Shown here: positions 13,601 to 44,939 of the stretch, in pieces
How positions within the stretch are numbered: position 1 is the stretch's first letter
Layout of the letters: the number at the start of each line of letters is the position of its first letter
Source of the DNA: Bugula neritina
Taxonomy: Eukaryota; Animalia; Bryozoa
NCBI GenBank assembly: GCA_964035545.1
Contig: OZ037768.1
Span: forward strand, 7,658,741-7,722,740
DNA: 64,000 bases
Reading direction: 5' to 3'
The notes under the pieces: generated by a model
Told to the model about the DNA's origin: nothing
The model's input: the letters and a program-made list of their open reading frames with translations, nothing else
Database searches by the model: none
Translations under genes and position numbers: made by a program

Positions 13601-16600
13601 TAATATTATACCACCATTGTTGGCTGCATAGTGCATAATACAAAATATTTTTACATTATTATATTTATATAATAAATAAATAAGGAGTTAGTTATTTTCT
13701 TTACAGGTTCTCCTCGCTATGGAAGATTATGCTAAAGCCTACAAGCTGAACCCTAAACTCACCAATGCTATATTCAGCAGAGCCAAGTATTACTTTAGCC
13801 AAAACAACTGGCAAGCTGCCATCAATGATTTCTCAGAATTTTTAAGGAAATGTCCGTTTGATGCAAATGCCAGGCTCCTTAGGGGGCGTGCATACACTAA
13901 ACAGTCCAACTACCAGGTACTAAAGCTAGAGCTTGTACGAATATTGAGCTAAAACTGATTAAAGATTTTACATTATTTAGTTATCATAAATTTTGAGCTC
14001 TTTTGTCTAAGTTTTGTCTTTTTTTCACAATCTTTTAATGTTAAAACTGCTATAAATTAGTGATATACTAAATTTTAAAAGATATTATGTGAAAGCCAGG
14101 CATTGTTGTGATATTTATGCATATTGCACATGCAGGGGAATCCAATTCTCAAGTTGGAGTCTATACGGGTAAACAACACATACTTTATTTCCAGCTCATT
14201 TCTGTTCACAGTTCACACTATTTTACAGTTATTTTTTGCATGTTAAATCCTTAATTTTAGTTTAGATATGAAGGTTGGGGGGTGTAAATCGTTACTTAGC
14301 ATTTACATACTTCTCATGTCATCATTGCACCACTTTACTTATATTATACTTAATAAAGTCCCTTGTATGTTTTTACTCACTCTAATTTCTTTTGCATGTG
14401 CAAGTGATTCAATGGGGTAATACATTTTTTTATCTTTCTATAACATGCATTTTATAAACTGCACTTTTTTTAAAAAGATGTTGAAACATTTTTAACCAAG
14501 CCACAAACCAAGAGACATGAATTCAACATAAGAACATATCAAAATTGCTCACAATAAACATTTGTATGAGCCTCTTTTAAAGTGTGACATATATAGCTAA
14601 GTTAGCTACCCTTTTTACCACTAGTCATTTGAAATAAGTTTCTGTTTGTCAGTTTTAAGCTACTCTATGGGTATAACTCCGTGTACTAAATGTGGTGCTC
14701 TTTATTTGTTATAGAAAGCTGTGCAAGATCTGTCCGCTGCTATTCACCTTGACCCTAACAGCTGGGAAGCGTTTTATCACAGAGCCTGCATATTCCGGAA
14801 AGTGATGCCCAAGCAGGCTCTACTTGACTACAGCATGTCCATACTAATTAATGACTCAGAGGACAACATTAAGAGTCTCCTGCATAGGGGTGAGTGGAAG
14901 ACTCTATTAACACACCATCAGCATTGAAGTGTGTTATATTATGCACACTGTAATGTGTGGTTCACATTTACAGTCATCACATAATGTAGAATACAGAAAG
15001 ATGATCAGTGACCAGCAGTATCCGTGAAATTCATGCTAGTAAATAAGGTATTGGAAAATTAAAGATTTTTTTCTTATTTTTTAATTGCTTTAATTTAAGA
15101 GAAAAAATTACCTAAATATATAATTTTATATGCTACCAGTATAGTATTGTATACATATAATTCAGTGTAATATAAGTTATATTATAGGCCTATGATATTA
15201 TGACATATATTATATATAATATTACAGTATAATATAAACAATATAGTGTAATATTCACAAAATATATTATATCTAATACAATATATGTAATATAGTATAG
15301 TATTTATAATACAATATATACAATATGGTGTATAGTTATATATAGTATGTCACGTTACAGGAGTGTTATACGACGCCATGGATCAACCTGAAGATGCGAT
15401 CTCAGACTTTGAGGCCATCTTGAAACTCCGCAAGGACGTTGCTGTCGCCCACCTGAACCTGGGACTCATCTATCTCACAAAGTTGGATGCTTTCCAAAAG
15501 TATGTTTACTGAACGCATGAATAACGTAAACATGTGTGGTAAATTACGTAATTTTATTATCAGCATAATATTTTATAAGATGTCTTACTGGGCGTACAGA
15601 CTGGTAGATATGATTGGTTTGATAATTCTATTGAGTGATATGATTGGATATCCTTGCTTAGGTGATTTAAGCCTCACTCAAGTTCTTTAATTAAAGAATC
15701 CTGACACACTTCAGTTATGCAGTATTAAAATATCTGTATATATCTTAGCTCTCTTCAGACTGTTTGAGAGTTGTGTGCTCAAACAATTATGTTTTATAAT
15801 GAGTTGTGTGCTCATGCTGATGATGTTTTCCCTCTGCTCTGGAGTCTATGGTTTTATAAAACTAATACTAATCATTGCTGACTTTTATTGCATGCTACTC
15901 TTAGCTGCTGCAGCACACAGCTTAATCATTGAGCTGGCTTGAAATTTTAAAGTTTAAAAATATTTTCTTCAAAACTATTCATACAGTAATCTACAAATAT
16001 CTATAAACATAGAACGTACAACATGAATACTAGTGTGTGTGAATTTACTCCTATCTTCACTATCATTATTAGTCTGCATTTGGTTGAATGAACAGCAAGT
16101 TTAGGGTCTGTGTGCATCAATTAAACATTTCTCTGTAAAATCACAAAATACATCAAACCTAAATATACTAATAAGTTTTTTATTTGCTTGGTGTGATTTA
16201 ATTGTATGTGTTGTTCCAATTTGCAGAGGAGATGGAATATCTAAGTACATGTAAGACTAATGGAAATTCATAATTCTACTTAGCACAGTGTGATATATTT
16301 ATCATTATTCAGTGACTATTTTCTCAAACTAGTTTTTAAAGTGAAATTATCGCTAAAAATAGCTGCAAATATATTGTTTAAATTAGTTTAATTCTCTACT
16401 ATGTCAATGGATATACAGGTAGGGAATAATTGCCCTAAGTTATCCTATAAAATCTACTAAATTCTAAATTAGCCTCTGGTTCTAGCAAACGATATTAAAC
16501 AAATCATTCTAGTTTGAAAAATAGTTTAAAATATTGATAAATATCATCACACATGCTAAGCCTAGCAGATTAATGAGATGTGCTCTACTTTCTTTGTTTC

Positions 16601-19600
16601 CATGAAGTTCTCAAGACCTTCACCCTAAAGTTTCACTTATAATCATCATAGCCAGAGATCGGCTTCTTAATTGGGTGCACTCGGGTGCTTTGGGTCTGCA
16701 GGATATGATATGATCTGATCTATTATTTTGCTGATTACAATAATTTTGCTTATTTTCGAAACTTGTTAATCAACTTTAATTCTGTCAGCTAACTTCTAAC
16801 ATCCGGCTTTCTTTTAGCTGAATGAATAATTTTGAATTTTGATTTGTGTTTCGTTCTTTGTAGAGCTATTAGGAAGTTCACGGCAGCCATTAAATGCGAC
16901 CCTACCTTTGTGAGAGCCTACATTTGCAGAGCAGAGGCTTACACTAAGATACATGATGTAAGATTATAGACTGAGAGATTGTAGACTGGTGTATGTGCTG
17001 AGTATAAAGTATTAGTCTCAACTGTGACATGGCAGTTGAAACTCTAGTTTTGTTTATAGTAGACCTATACAGACACCTCTATAATATAATAATATATTAT
17101 ATTATATGCTAATATCCTACATTTAACTTCTGGTAAATCTAATCAAAGTGTGTATGTTTTTGCTTATCGAATTAATTTTAAACTAAGATCTAAAACCTCT
17201 TCTTAAATCTGAAGTTATAATTTCATATATAAAAAAATTCACTAGCTTGCATTCCTTTATCCTTTGGCTTTCTAATGTTTGATTGTAATACTGATAGCAT
17301 ATTTCACTATTAGTTTATACAAAGGCAATTGATACTATTTAATTTAATATTTTATTATGCAAATTGTGTTGGGTTTATGACAGTTATACAAGTGTAATAC
17401 ACATTTATATACATATTATGCAAAACATGTTTATGAGCATAATATGTATACATGGCTTACTACCTGCTGCAGCACAAGAATGCGTTACTGGACTATACTA
17501 GGGCTATACACCTGCGACCTGAAGTTCCCGACTACTACATGCACAGGGGTATGATGCTGTTGAAGGCTGGAAACACTGACCTGGCCGCATTCTGTGTTAA
17601 GTATGATCTGTTACAGTCTGTAATAGAGTATATTATCTGTTGGCTGTACTAACTTTAAATAACAATGATTGTTAGTTCTAAAAATAACTCTATGTAGACT
17701 GTAGAGATTCAACTCCAGTATTTAGCATTCATATAATTATTAAGGCAACTTCAAATTTTTCCATTGAAAAATGTCAATTTTGAAATTTTTTTGTTTTGAA
17801 AAAAGCAGTTTTTTGAGCTGCCAGTTTTAAAATGAACTTGTCCAAATTAAAATTTTAAAATATTTCTGGCTTCACTAGTTGCAAAATCTAAATTTTGACG
17901 CGTTGTATGAACTTTGATAAAGTAGCACAAAATACAGTGCTGGCAGATTAATAGTTCCCACTCCAAAGTTGGTGAAATGCTAGAGAAATGTTGGGAATTA
18001 TTTTATTTTTTTGCTATTTACAGCTTACTACAGAATGGAAAAATTAATGTGAACTGCTTTTATTTTCTTCAAAAGATTAACTAATGCTAAGTAATTTTTG
18101 CCATGTCAGCATATTGAGCTAAGAGTAGAGGTTATTCTTGATGGGTTCAAAGCAGCATTGAATGACTAATTTCTAACGGCTACGCAGCAGTACACTATCT
18201 TATACCCAACTTTCAGGACTTGACAGTAAATGTATATTTTAGGCACGTATCAGAGCTGTTTGCTGACCTAGACTTAGGTCAGAGTGCCACCCAGCAAGCC
18301 GTTGTACACGGGTTCTTAAAGAACTACCCCAAGGCTATTCTGGCTCTAGATAAAGCTATCAAAGTTGGCCCTAATCCACCTCTTTACATTCTACTGGGGA
18401 AAACACAGATGAAAGCCAAGTTATGGAACGATGCTATTAATAGCTTCACCAGTGCACTGGAGGCTTTGGTAAATTTTATACTATAAATATAATATCTGGT
18501 ATTAGTTTAATTCAAATTTGTCTTATTTTTAATAACTTTGAGTAATCATTTAATAGTCAATTGAAGTTATTTATATACAAATTTAGTTTAAAGGTTTCTT
18601 GGTTTTTAGATTTAATTTATATGAAAAAAACTTATTTCCTAACAAATTGTTAGCATGAGGAAAAGTGCATTACATGTACTTAAATTTTAGTTACAGGTTT
18701 AAACTATTATGCACTGAATTTGCTACATAGATAGTTGCATGCATACATCTATTTCTACCCTCAGTATGCTTTTATATCTATAAGATTTACTAACCACTTT
18801 AATGGTTCCTTCAAAATAGCTGATAATTCCTTCTAACCATGTATGGGAACATCATGCACGTTCAACTCAAGAGTTATCTTTTCTCTAGCAACTGTGTATT
18901 GTGGTAATTAGTAATAAGACTGAACGAAGAATAATGCACTGACTCTACTTTTATTTAAAAGAGTTGAAAATAAACTACGAAGTGTACAAAATCGATAGTC
19001 AAAATTGGTAATAATGTCTGCTCTATAAATAACATCATCGTTGACCTTGATAATATCCGAGGAGATAACTCTTGCCTATGCATAATAATTACTATTGTGT
19101 TAGCTTGCTGTCTCTGGTTAAGTCTGATTCTATCCTACACAATTCTGTTGTATTAAATGGCAGGAAATCAGGCCAGATGAAGGCAGTAAGGTAGGAGTTT
19201 TTGTGGCCTGCTATTTCGGCCATTCCCGCTGTATCTGCTTTCTGTGCTCTTGTCTAAGTACACCCGCACTTTACTTTAAAATATCTTCTAATTACTTTGC
19301 TAGTTGCTAGACTAGTCTTGGTATACATAAATAGTTTATACAGCATGTGATAAAACATGATATATTTATATGTTATTTACAAGACTGTATAACTGAATCT
19401 AAATAGAATACACTATCAACTCATGTCCTAAAAAGAGTGTTATTCTGTGTAATTTCATAAAAGAAGTAAATTACATTGAGGGTCTTTGTATAACTGATTA
19501 TATGAGTTTGTGCCTGAAATTAAATGTATTATATTATTATAGTACATAAAATGTGTGCTAAATGTAATAACTAGAAAATTAATATCTGCATGAATATATT

Positions 19601-21335
19601 ATATGTAGCACTGCTCATATGTGGTGTACGTCTGTTTATGCTATGTAGTAATAGCATACATGTTCATGAATATGTTTGGGCACAAGTATCATATATGTAT
19701 AGTTTAGTTTATAATGTGTATATGTCTACGCTTTTCGTGTGCTTTTTTCAAGCTATATTTTTGTTATACCCATATTTACATTATTATAACCCATGTTTTG
19801 CCTGATGAATTTTTTATTACTTTCTCCTGCAATATTTCCGTGAGCTTTTGGCCTTTCATATAAAGTTTTTATTTTCTTAGATTCTAAGTCTCTAACATTG
19901 TGATATCATTACTCTTTATAGTTTCATTTCAATCCTGAATATTTAAATAAGCATACAAATAAACTAATCGTGTCTACGAATGATTTTGGAGTTGTCACAC
20001 TAAATTTGCTGCTTGTATAATAGAAACCCTGGAGACCTAAAGACAAATGGCCGAAGGAGGCTGCAGAAGTGAGTTATTTGCATGGTTTGTGTAGTCTAGA
20101 GTTGAGAAACTATCTCCAGGCTCATGACTCATTCAACAATGCGATAGAAATAGACAAGAAGTACGCCATAGCTTACTACCAGAGAGGTGATGTACATTCA
20201 CTATATATATTTTTCCGAGTTTATTATTTTCTAAAGTAAGTTGAGAAAATTATATTTAAAGTTAATAATGTTTTAATGTTAATGTTAATGTTAATAATAT
20301 GACATTCTGTCTTCAAGTTTTGAGATTTTAGCACTTTCTTTCTATAATCATATAATTTTTCAAAGTTGTCTTCTCCTATAATTGAAGGAGTTGCTAAACT
20401 TAGACTGAAACAGCACAAAGGGCTTCAAGATATCAATAGAGCTCTGGCTACAGACAGGACTATATTCCAGGCTTACCTAACTAGGGCTGCCTACTATGGA
20501 GTTCGTAAGCAGGTTAGATTTTGAGTACTGAAGAACCTAGGTTATAATACGAGTACTCTCAGCCCGTAATCATCTGTCATTTTTAAGGGCCTGTTCTATG
20601 CTTGGAATTTTTTATAGAGTTCATTTCTGTTTCATGTTGCAATTTTTTGGAACTATACTGACAATTATTCAGTCTGTGACCTGAATTACAGGTACATTGT
20701 ACAGGTATATTGTACAGGTATAGTGTACAGGTATATTATACAGGTATATTATACAGGTATACTGTACAGGTACATTGTACAGGTATATTGTACAGGTGTA
20801 TATTGTACAGGTATATTGTACAGGTGTACTGTACAGGTATATTATACAGGTATATTGTACAGGTATATTGTACAGGTATATTGTACAGGTATATTATACA
20901 GGTATATTGTACAGGTATATTGTACAGGTATATTGTACTAGTATACTTTCTAGATTTAGTAATGAAGACAGTTATAAGATATTTGTCAGATAGCAGCTCC
21001 CTCCCATGTTACAGTATTCCAAGGCAATCATGAATTGTAATGAAGCCATTAAGTTGAAGCCTCAGAGCGTCAGGGGATACCTGTATCGAGGGGCTCTCAA
21101 GTACCACATTAGAGCATATGAGCTGGCCATAAAGGATCTCACTCAAGCCACTAAGATAGACAACCAGTGTTCTCTAGCCTATTTCAACAGAGCCGTTTGT
21201 TACCATAACAGCGGGCAGTATGCCAAAGCCCTCAATGACTACGGCATTGTGTTGCTCTTGGGCGAACAGCTTATGCTGAAGGTAGAATTTTTTTTATTCG
21301 TAATTATATATAATGTTTATTTAAATTTAATTTTT

Positions 21336-21404
<69 letters not shown>

Positions 21405-22912
21405 CTACATTTCAATCAATACTACTTTTAGTGTACCAACTTTTTGTAGTATATAATGTGTGTAATAAAATTTTCTAATAGGCTCATTAAAATTTGCAGT
21501 CACTCTACAAAATACAATATATTGAAACAGTCATTGCATGGCTTATTGATGAGAAAAATAGAAATAAAAATATTTTTGTTAAAAAATAGTTTATTTTAAC
21601 TTTTAAATGATAAAATAATTTATCAACGAATAACAAATTACATTTGCAGCTGTCTTCGTTGTCTGTAGTTATAAATGGGAGAGTTATAAGTTATATTTCT
21701 TAGTAGCAGTGATTGCAACTGTTCACTCTCTTTGTACAGGTTCTGATCAATCGAGGACTTCTATATCTGAGTCTACGAGACTACAAGAATGCCCTCAATG
21801 ACTTCTTGCTGGCTGCTAAAGTCAACTCAAGTGATTCCAAGATTAGACACACCCTAGGGTTGTGTATGCATAAGTAAGTGTACACACATTCTGATGGCGA
21901 TATACACTGACAATGGCTGTTACTTTGTATGTGTTGATGAAACCATCCTTGATTAAAGAAGTATTTCAAATGTTAGAGAAGACTGTAAAAAGACAGTTTA
22001 GGGGTACAACTCCTGATAATCCTATTTTAATAAGTCATATTTATGTACCGAAAATGTTGATGCTTTTATGAGAAGACAACTGCTAAAAAATGTTGAATTC
22101 GCTATTTTATGAGCTTTGCAATGAAATACATCTTCACTAACATGTTAAATTGTTTAAAAGGTATTGGAATTCGAATCACAATGTTTAGCAAGAGTACTGA
22201 TGTATCATTACAATTATAGTTTAGTATAAGACCACAATATCACTTGAATGAACTAAATATATTGTAATGTGTGTTACTAGGTTGAAGCAGTTGAAGGAAG
22301 CTGTGGCTATATTCTCTGAATCACTGGCTATTGATAAGTTCTTCATGGAAGCTTATGTTAGCAGAGGTAACGCCTTCCTAGACTACGGCAATCCCGAAGG
22401 AATAAAGGCAGCTCAAGCAGACTATGAAAGAGCTTTGCTGTTAAAACCAACATATTTACCTGCCAGGTAAGTTTTTCTTTACGCACAGTGTCTATTTTAG
22501 TGAAATCACTGTGAGTAAAGATGCTTAGAGAGCATTATTGCTCGTGTTTGTGCTATGCTGTTGTAAAGTGTGCTTGAATTTTGAGTTCTGACCAGAAATT
22601 CTGAAAACTGTTGTTTTGATTAAATGTCTGCTTTCAAATATTTGGTTGAAAATAAGTCTGTTTCTAAAGAAAAGTCTCTCCAAAAAGTCCAATACTGTGG
22701 AATAATAGTCCTCATGTTGAAACTCTAGTTAGTTTTTCCCATAGTAGTAAGCACAACCTCTCAAAACCTTGTTAAACTGCCAATCTTGGACGAAATTTAA
22801 AATGCAGCACCTATGAAGGCTATATTTTTGCATGTTAACCGCAGATCTACTCTATAACCAGTAAAGGCTCATAATTATTTGCAAGTTGAATCAGATAATG
22901 CAGGGTGTGAGG

Positions 22913-22995
<83 letters not shown>

Positions 22996-24661
22996 ACTCA
23001 GAATAGAATGTAAATCTTACAATAAGTACATCACCATCATCTCATTGGCACAACTTGTAGGATCAACCTAGCGTATAGTCTGCAGATGTCTGGAAAGTTC
23101 CAGCAGGCCTGGAACCAGTTCACCATTGCTATACAGCAAGACCAGCTGTGTCAGGCAGCGTATGAAGGTCGAGCTATTGTCAATCTTCAAATGAGTAATC
23201 TGTTTGCTGCCTTGCAAGATGTCAATGCCAGCATGAAGGTCAAGGCCAGTGCTGAGTTGCATACCAACCGGGGAGTGGTCAGTCTGGTAGGTTTGGCATA
23301 CAAATATTTTCTTTCATTTCTTTAGCAGTTTGGGCATCATGATTAGTTATTAGATAAAAGCTTTCAGTTATACAAAAGTCACTTCATGCTTATAGGTTAT
23401 TATCTGTATTAATTGTTTAAATGGTTTACTAAATTTGTGCTGCTTACTAAAACTTTAAACTTATTTTATTAAAACTACCAGACAACTATTTGGTGACACC
23501 ACTATTATTTTTGTGTTTATGCAGCTATAATTTTTGCTCAACTCGAAGCCAGTGTTCTCATATATCCTAGCAAGTTCTACCACAACTCATCAGCTATATT
23601 AAATTTGTCCAAAAAAATATAAATATGTACCGGTACCCTAAAATGATATTTTAACATCGAAATAAATATTTTGATATGTAATATTTATTTTATCAGTTTA
23701 TGAAAGATTCAACTGGTGCTATGCATGACTTCCAAGCAGCTATAAAACTGGACAACAGATACTCTCTCGCTTATTTCAATGCAGCCAACATTTACTTTAA
23801 GAACCGACAGTTTAGACAAGTGAGTACTAGAATTTCACTTTTCATTGTGCAATCTTGGTTACATAAAATGCTTCAATGTTAATGCTTCAAGTCCCTGTTT
23901 GTTAATTTACAATAAAAAAAACCAAGCTTCCGAGTTTAAATCATAAACTGAACCTAAAAGTGATGTCTTATTTTGTGCACCATCCAAGACGATGTGATGT
24001 TTTACTCCTCGGGGAATTTCTTGTAGGCCATAGAATACTATGATAGGTCTATTCAGTTCAACAATAAGGATGAGTCGGCTTATGTGAATAGAGCCATCGC
24101 TCGAGCTGTTATCAAGGACAGTTCGGGTGCCCTGTCTGACTTTTCCAAGGCTATTTCTATTAGTCCCAAGTCTGCTCATGTCTATTTCAACAGAGGCAAT
24201 CTCTACTCCACTCTAGGTATGTCATGTGTATTGAAATGTATATTATTATATTTCCAGCCCCAAAGAATGATTGATATTTACATTGGACAAAATTTTGTAT
24301 TATTATTATAAGTTTACTAATTATCCAAAACACTATGATCTGGTAATGCACAAGTTCCACTTTACTTTTAGAAGATAATTCTCATACACGACTTAGTATT
24401 AAAATATCAAGTAAAGATATATTAAAACAAATTATTTTTAGCATATATATTGTTGAAACATGACTTTTAGGTGAATGGCAGAAAGCTGCAGATGATTTTT
24501 CCCATGGTCTTCGTCTCCAGCCAGACGACCCTTTGGCTCACAAACGTAGAGCCGACGCTTTGGGAAAACTTGGTATGAAGGAGAAGGCAATTGCTGACTA
24601 TCAGTATGCTGTGCAGCTGCAGGCTAGAATCAAGTTCCTCAAATCTATCCACTCAAAATAG
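829..24661 (+). CDS. TTC6: Tetratricopeptide repeat protein 6-like (TTC6), long form; 5'-partial multi-exon CDS
   Basis: Exons join in one frame: 829-1126, 1537-1722, 2311-2390, 2905-3041, 3373-3624, 3887-4096, 4532-4757, 5155-5294, 5649-5827, 6248(or 6191)-6356, 6466-6556, 7006-7159, 7484-7667, 8118-8166, 8270-8299, 9051-9092 (optional), 10059-10253, 10633-10742, 11252-11349, 11434-11571, 12199-12355, 12704-12888, 13117-13243, 13707-13916, 14715-14889, 15361-15499, 16864-16957, 17473-17600, 18243-18468, 20024-20186, 20388-20512, 21015-21281, 21740-21873, 22281-22466, 23061-23286, 23697-23819, 24027-24216, 24471-24661 (TAG at 24659-24661). The C-terminal half is a long TPR array. Peptides resemble recalled TTC6: DLSAAIHLDPNSWEAFYHRACIFRK..QALLDYSMSILIND, REWARDVWNFWFDETFPP, YSKAIMNCNEAIKLKPQSVRGYLYRGALKY. 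The first exon starts mid-codon after an AG, so the start codon is upstream of the window. Confidence 0.88.
1257..1449 (-). mobile_element. tRNA-derived SINE, copy 1
   Basis: The reverse strand reads a tRNA-like head TGGTGTAGAGTGGTTAGAGTGCTGGCCTAG, then TTAGGAAGAACATCC..TTGCTCCTGTG..AGTCCTTAGCCCA..AGGGGTTCTCCCAAGGATAGTGACTA, a body shared with copies at 5344 and 38033. Possible 6-bp TSD ATGACT at 1251-1256 and 1450-1455. Confidence 0.75.
5344..5513 (+). mobile_element. tRNA-derived SINE, copy 2 (5'-truncated)
   Basis: It begins just before the B-box GGTTCGAACCC and has the same body as the other copies. It is flanked by a 12-bp direct repeat TATAGCTTCACT (5332-5343 and 5514-5525). Confidence 0.8.
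9882..10014. repeat. Minisatellite, 17-bp unit TTCAACAGATAGATGTA, about 8 copies
   Basis: Directly visible tandem array in a TTC6 intron. Confidence 0.9.
10550..10601. repeat. (TA)n microsatellite
   Basis: Pure TA run. Confidence 0.95.
20687..20945. repeat. Minisatellite, 13-bp unit TACAGGTATATTG, about 20 copies
   Basis: Directly visible tandem array. It explains the three overlapping YRYIVQVYCTGIL ORFs. Confidence 0.95.
21340..21400. repeat. (TA)n microsatellite
   Basis: Pure TA run. Confidence 0.95.
22914..22992. repeat. (TA)n microsatellite
   Basis: Pure TA run. Confidence 0.95.
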
Positions 24662-24794
24662 ATGATTATACAATTGCTCAAGAAAATTAAGAGTTCTACT
24701 AATTCAGCACAATCTGAGTTATTTTGTTTTACTATTTATTCCAATAATATTGATTTATATATTTATTATTATTTATTAAATATGATATATTTAT

Positions 24795-24800
24795 AATAAA
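24795..24800 (+). terminator. Candidate polyadenylation signal (AATAAA) of the TTC6-like gene
   Basis: First AATAAA after the stop codon (134 nt downstream), followed by a T-rich tract. Confidence 0.45.
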
Positions 24801-25940
24801 TGTTATACGATTCTTTATTTTTATATACTTCTATAGCTGTGACAATGCATTATCATTATCCATAGAATCACTAAAGGTGTGATTGTAGTTATATCTGTTA
24901 GAATTCGGCTTGATATAAAATCAGAATTGTCTTCTCAATATCACATGAACCTACGTTATAATACAAACACACTATTAAAACTCACTTGAACAACTATACA
25001 AAAAGAAAAATAATGTATATGTTTGAAGCACACATACCCCTCTCAATCGATCACCTCGCTATCCCACACACTCTCTTAATTTCACTACAACAGCTCTTCT
25101 TGATATTATAACAGCAGGAGTTTCTTTATTTATAAATTATTTTTTAAAGTGAGTGATATATTCTCAAAAACAACAAACAACGTGCTGTCTTGCATAAGTG
25201 TCTTTATTCATTTGTTTCTAAAACAGTGTTTCATTGCATAACAAGTGAAACTTGCTAGTTCCGGACGGTTTATTTCTGTCCAATGTATTTGCATATCTCC
25301 ATTGATCCCAGGCAGATGCGAATTAATAAAAGTGCAGATATCAATGTTTTTCTGTTGAGATTAAATAGTTTAAACAGTATTACGCCCAATAAGTCTACAT
25401 ATATCTGCTAAGGTTGTTAATCCTCAAGATTTTAGATTAATTTTGCGATTAAGGTGAGAGGAGACAACTCTTAATTTGTTTAGTTACAAATTTGGCGGAT
25501 TAAACCACATAAACTATATAGAGATGAAAATAGGTTAGGTGTGAATAACAGGTGGTGAGTTTAAAATTAATTTCATATAATTTTATTTAAAATCAGAGAA
25601 ACAAACAGAAAAATAGACGGAATTTGAGTCATTTTAAGCAAATTAATTATAAACTTTCATTAATATTATTCAGTTATGTTATTTCAGCAAAGTTATAAGT
25701 TCATTTGGGCACACAGTGACCTTTAAATGTAGTGAATAACAGTATGCATCTGTTAAACAGTGATGATATTAGAATCATAAGTGGTAAAACAGACTTGCAG
25801 CTTTGTAGTTACACAAATAACTACACTACTACCCACTTATACAGTATTTAGTTGTTTGATCTGAGCTACTATAGGGTGAGATAACTCTAAAAGTTCTGTA
25901 AAACTACTGTACGGAATTATAAATATTTGAAGATGCCTGT

Positions 25941-44939
<18,999 letters not shown>

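Noticed and set aside
20687-21033. Three overlapping repetitive ORFs (YRYIVQVYCTGIL)n, or a CRISPR-like array
   Set aside because: These are by-products of a stop-free 13-bp minisatellite in an intron, with no unique spacers.
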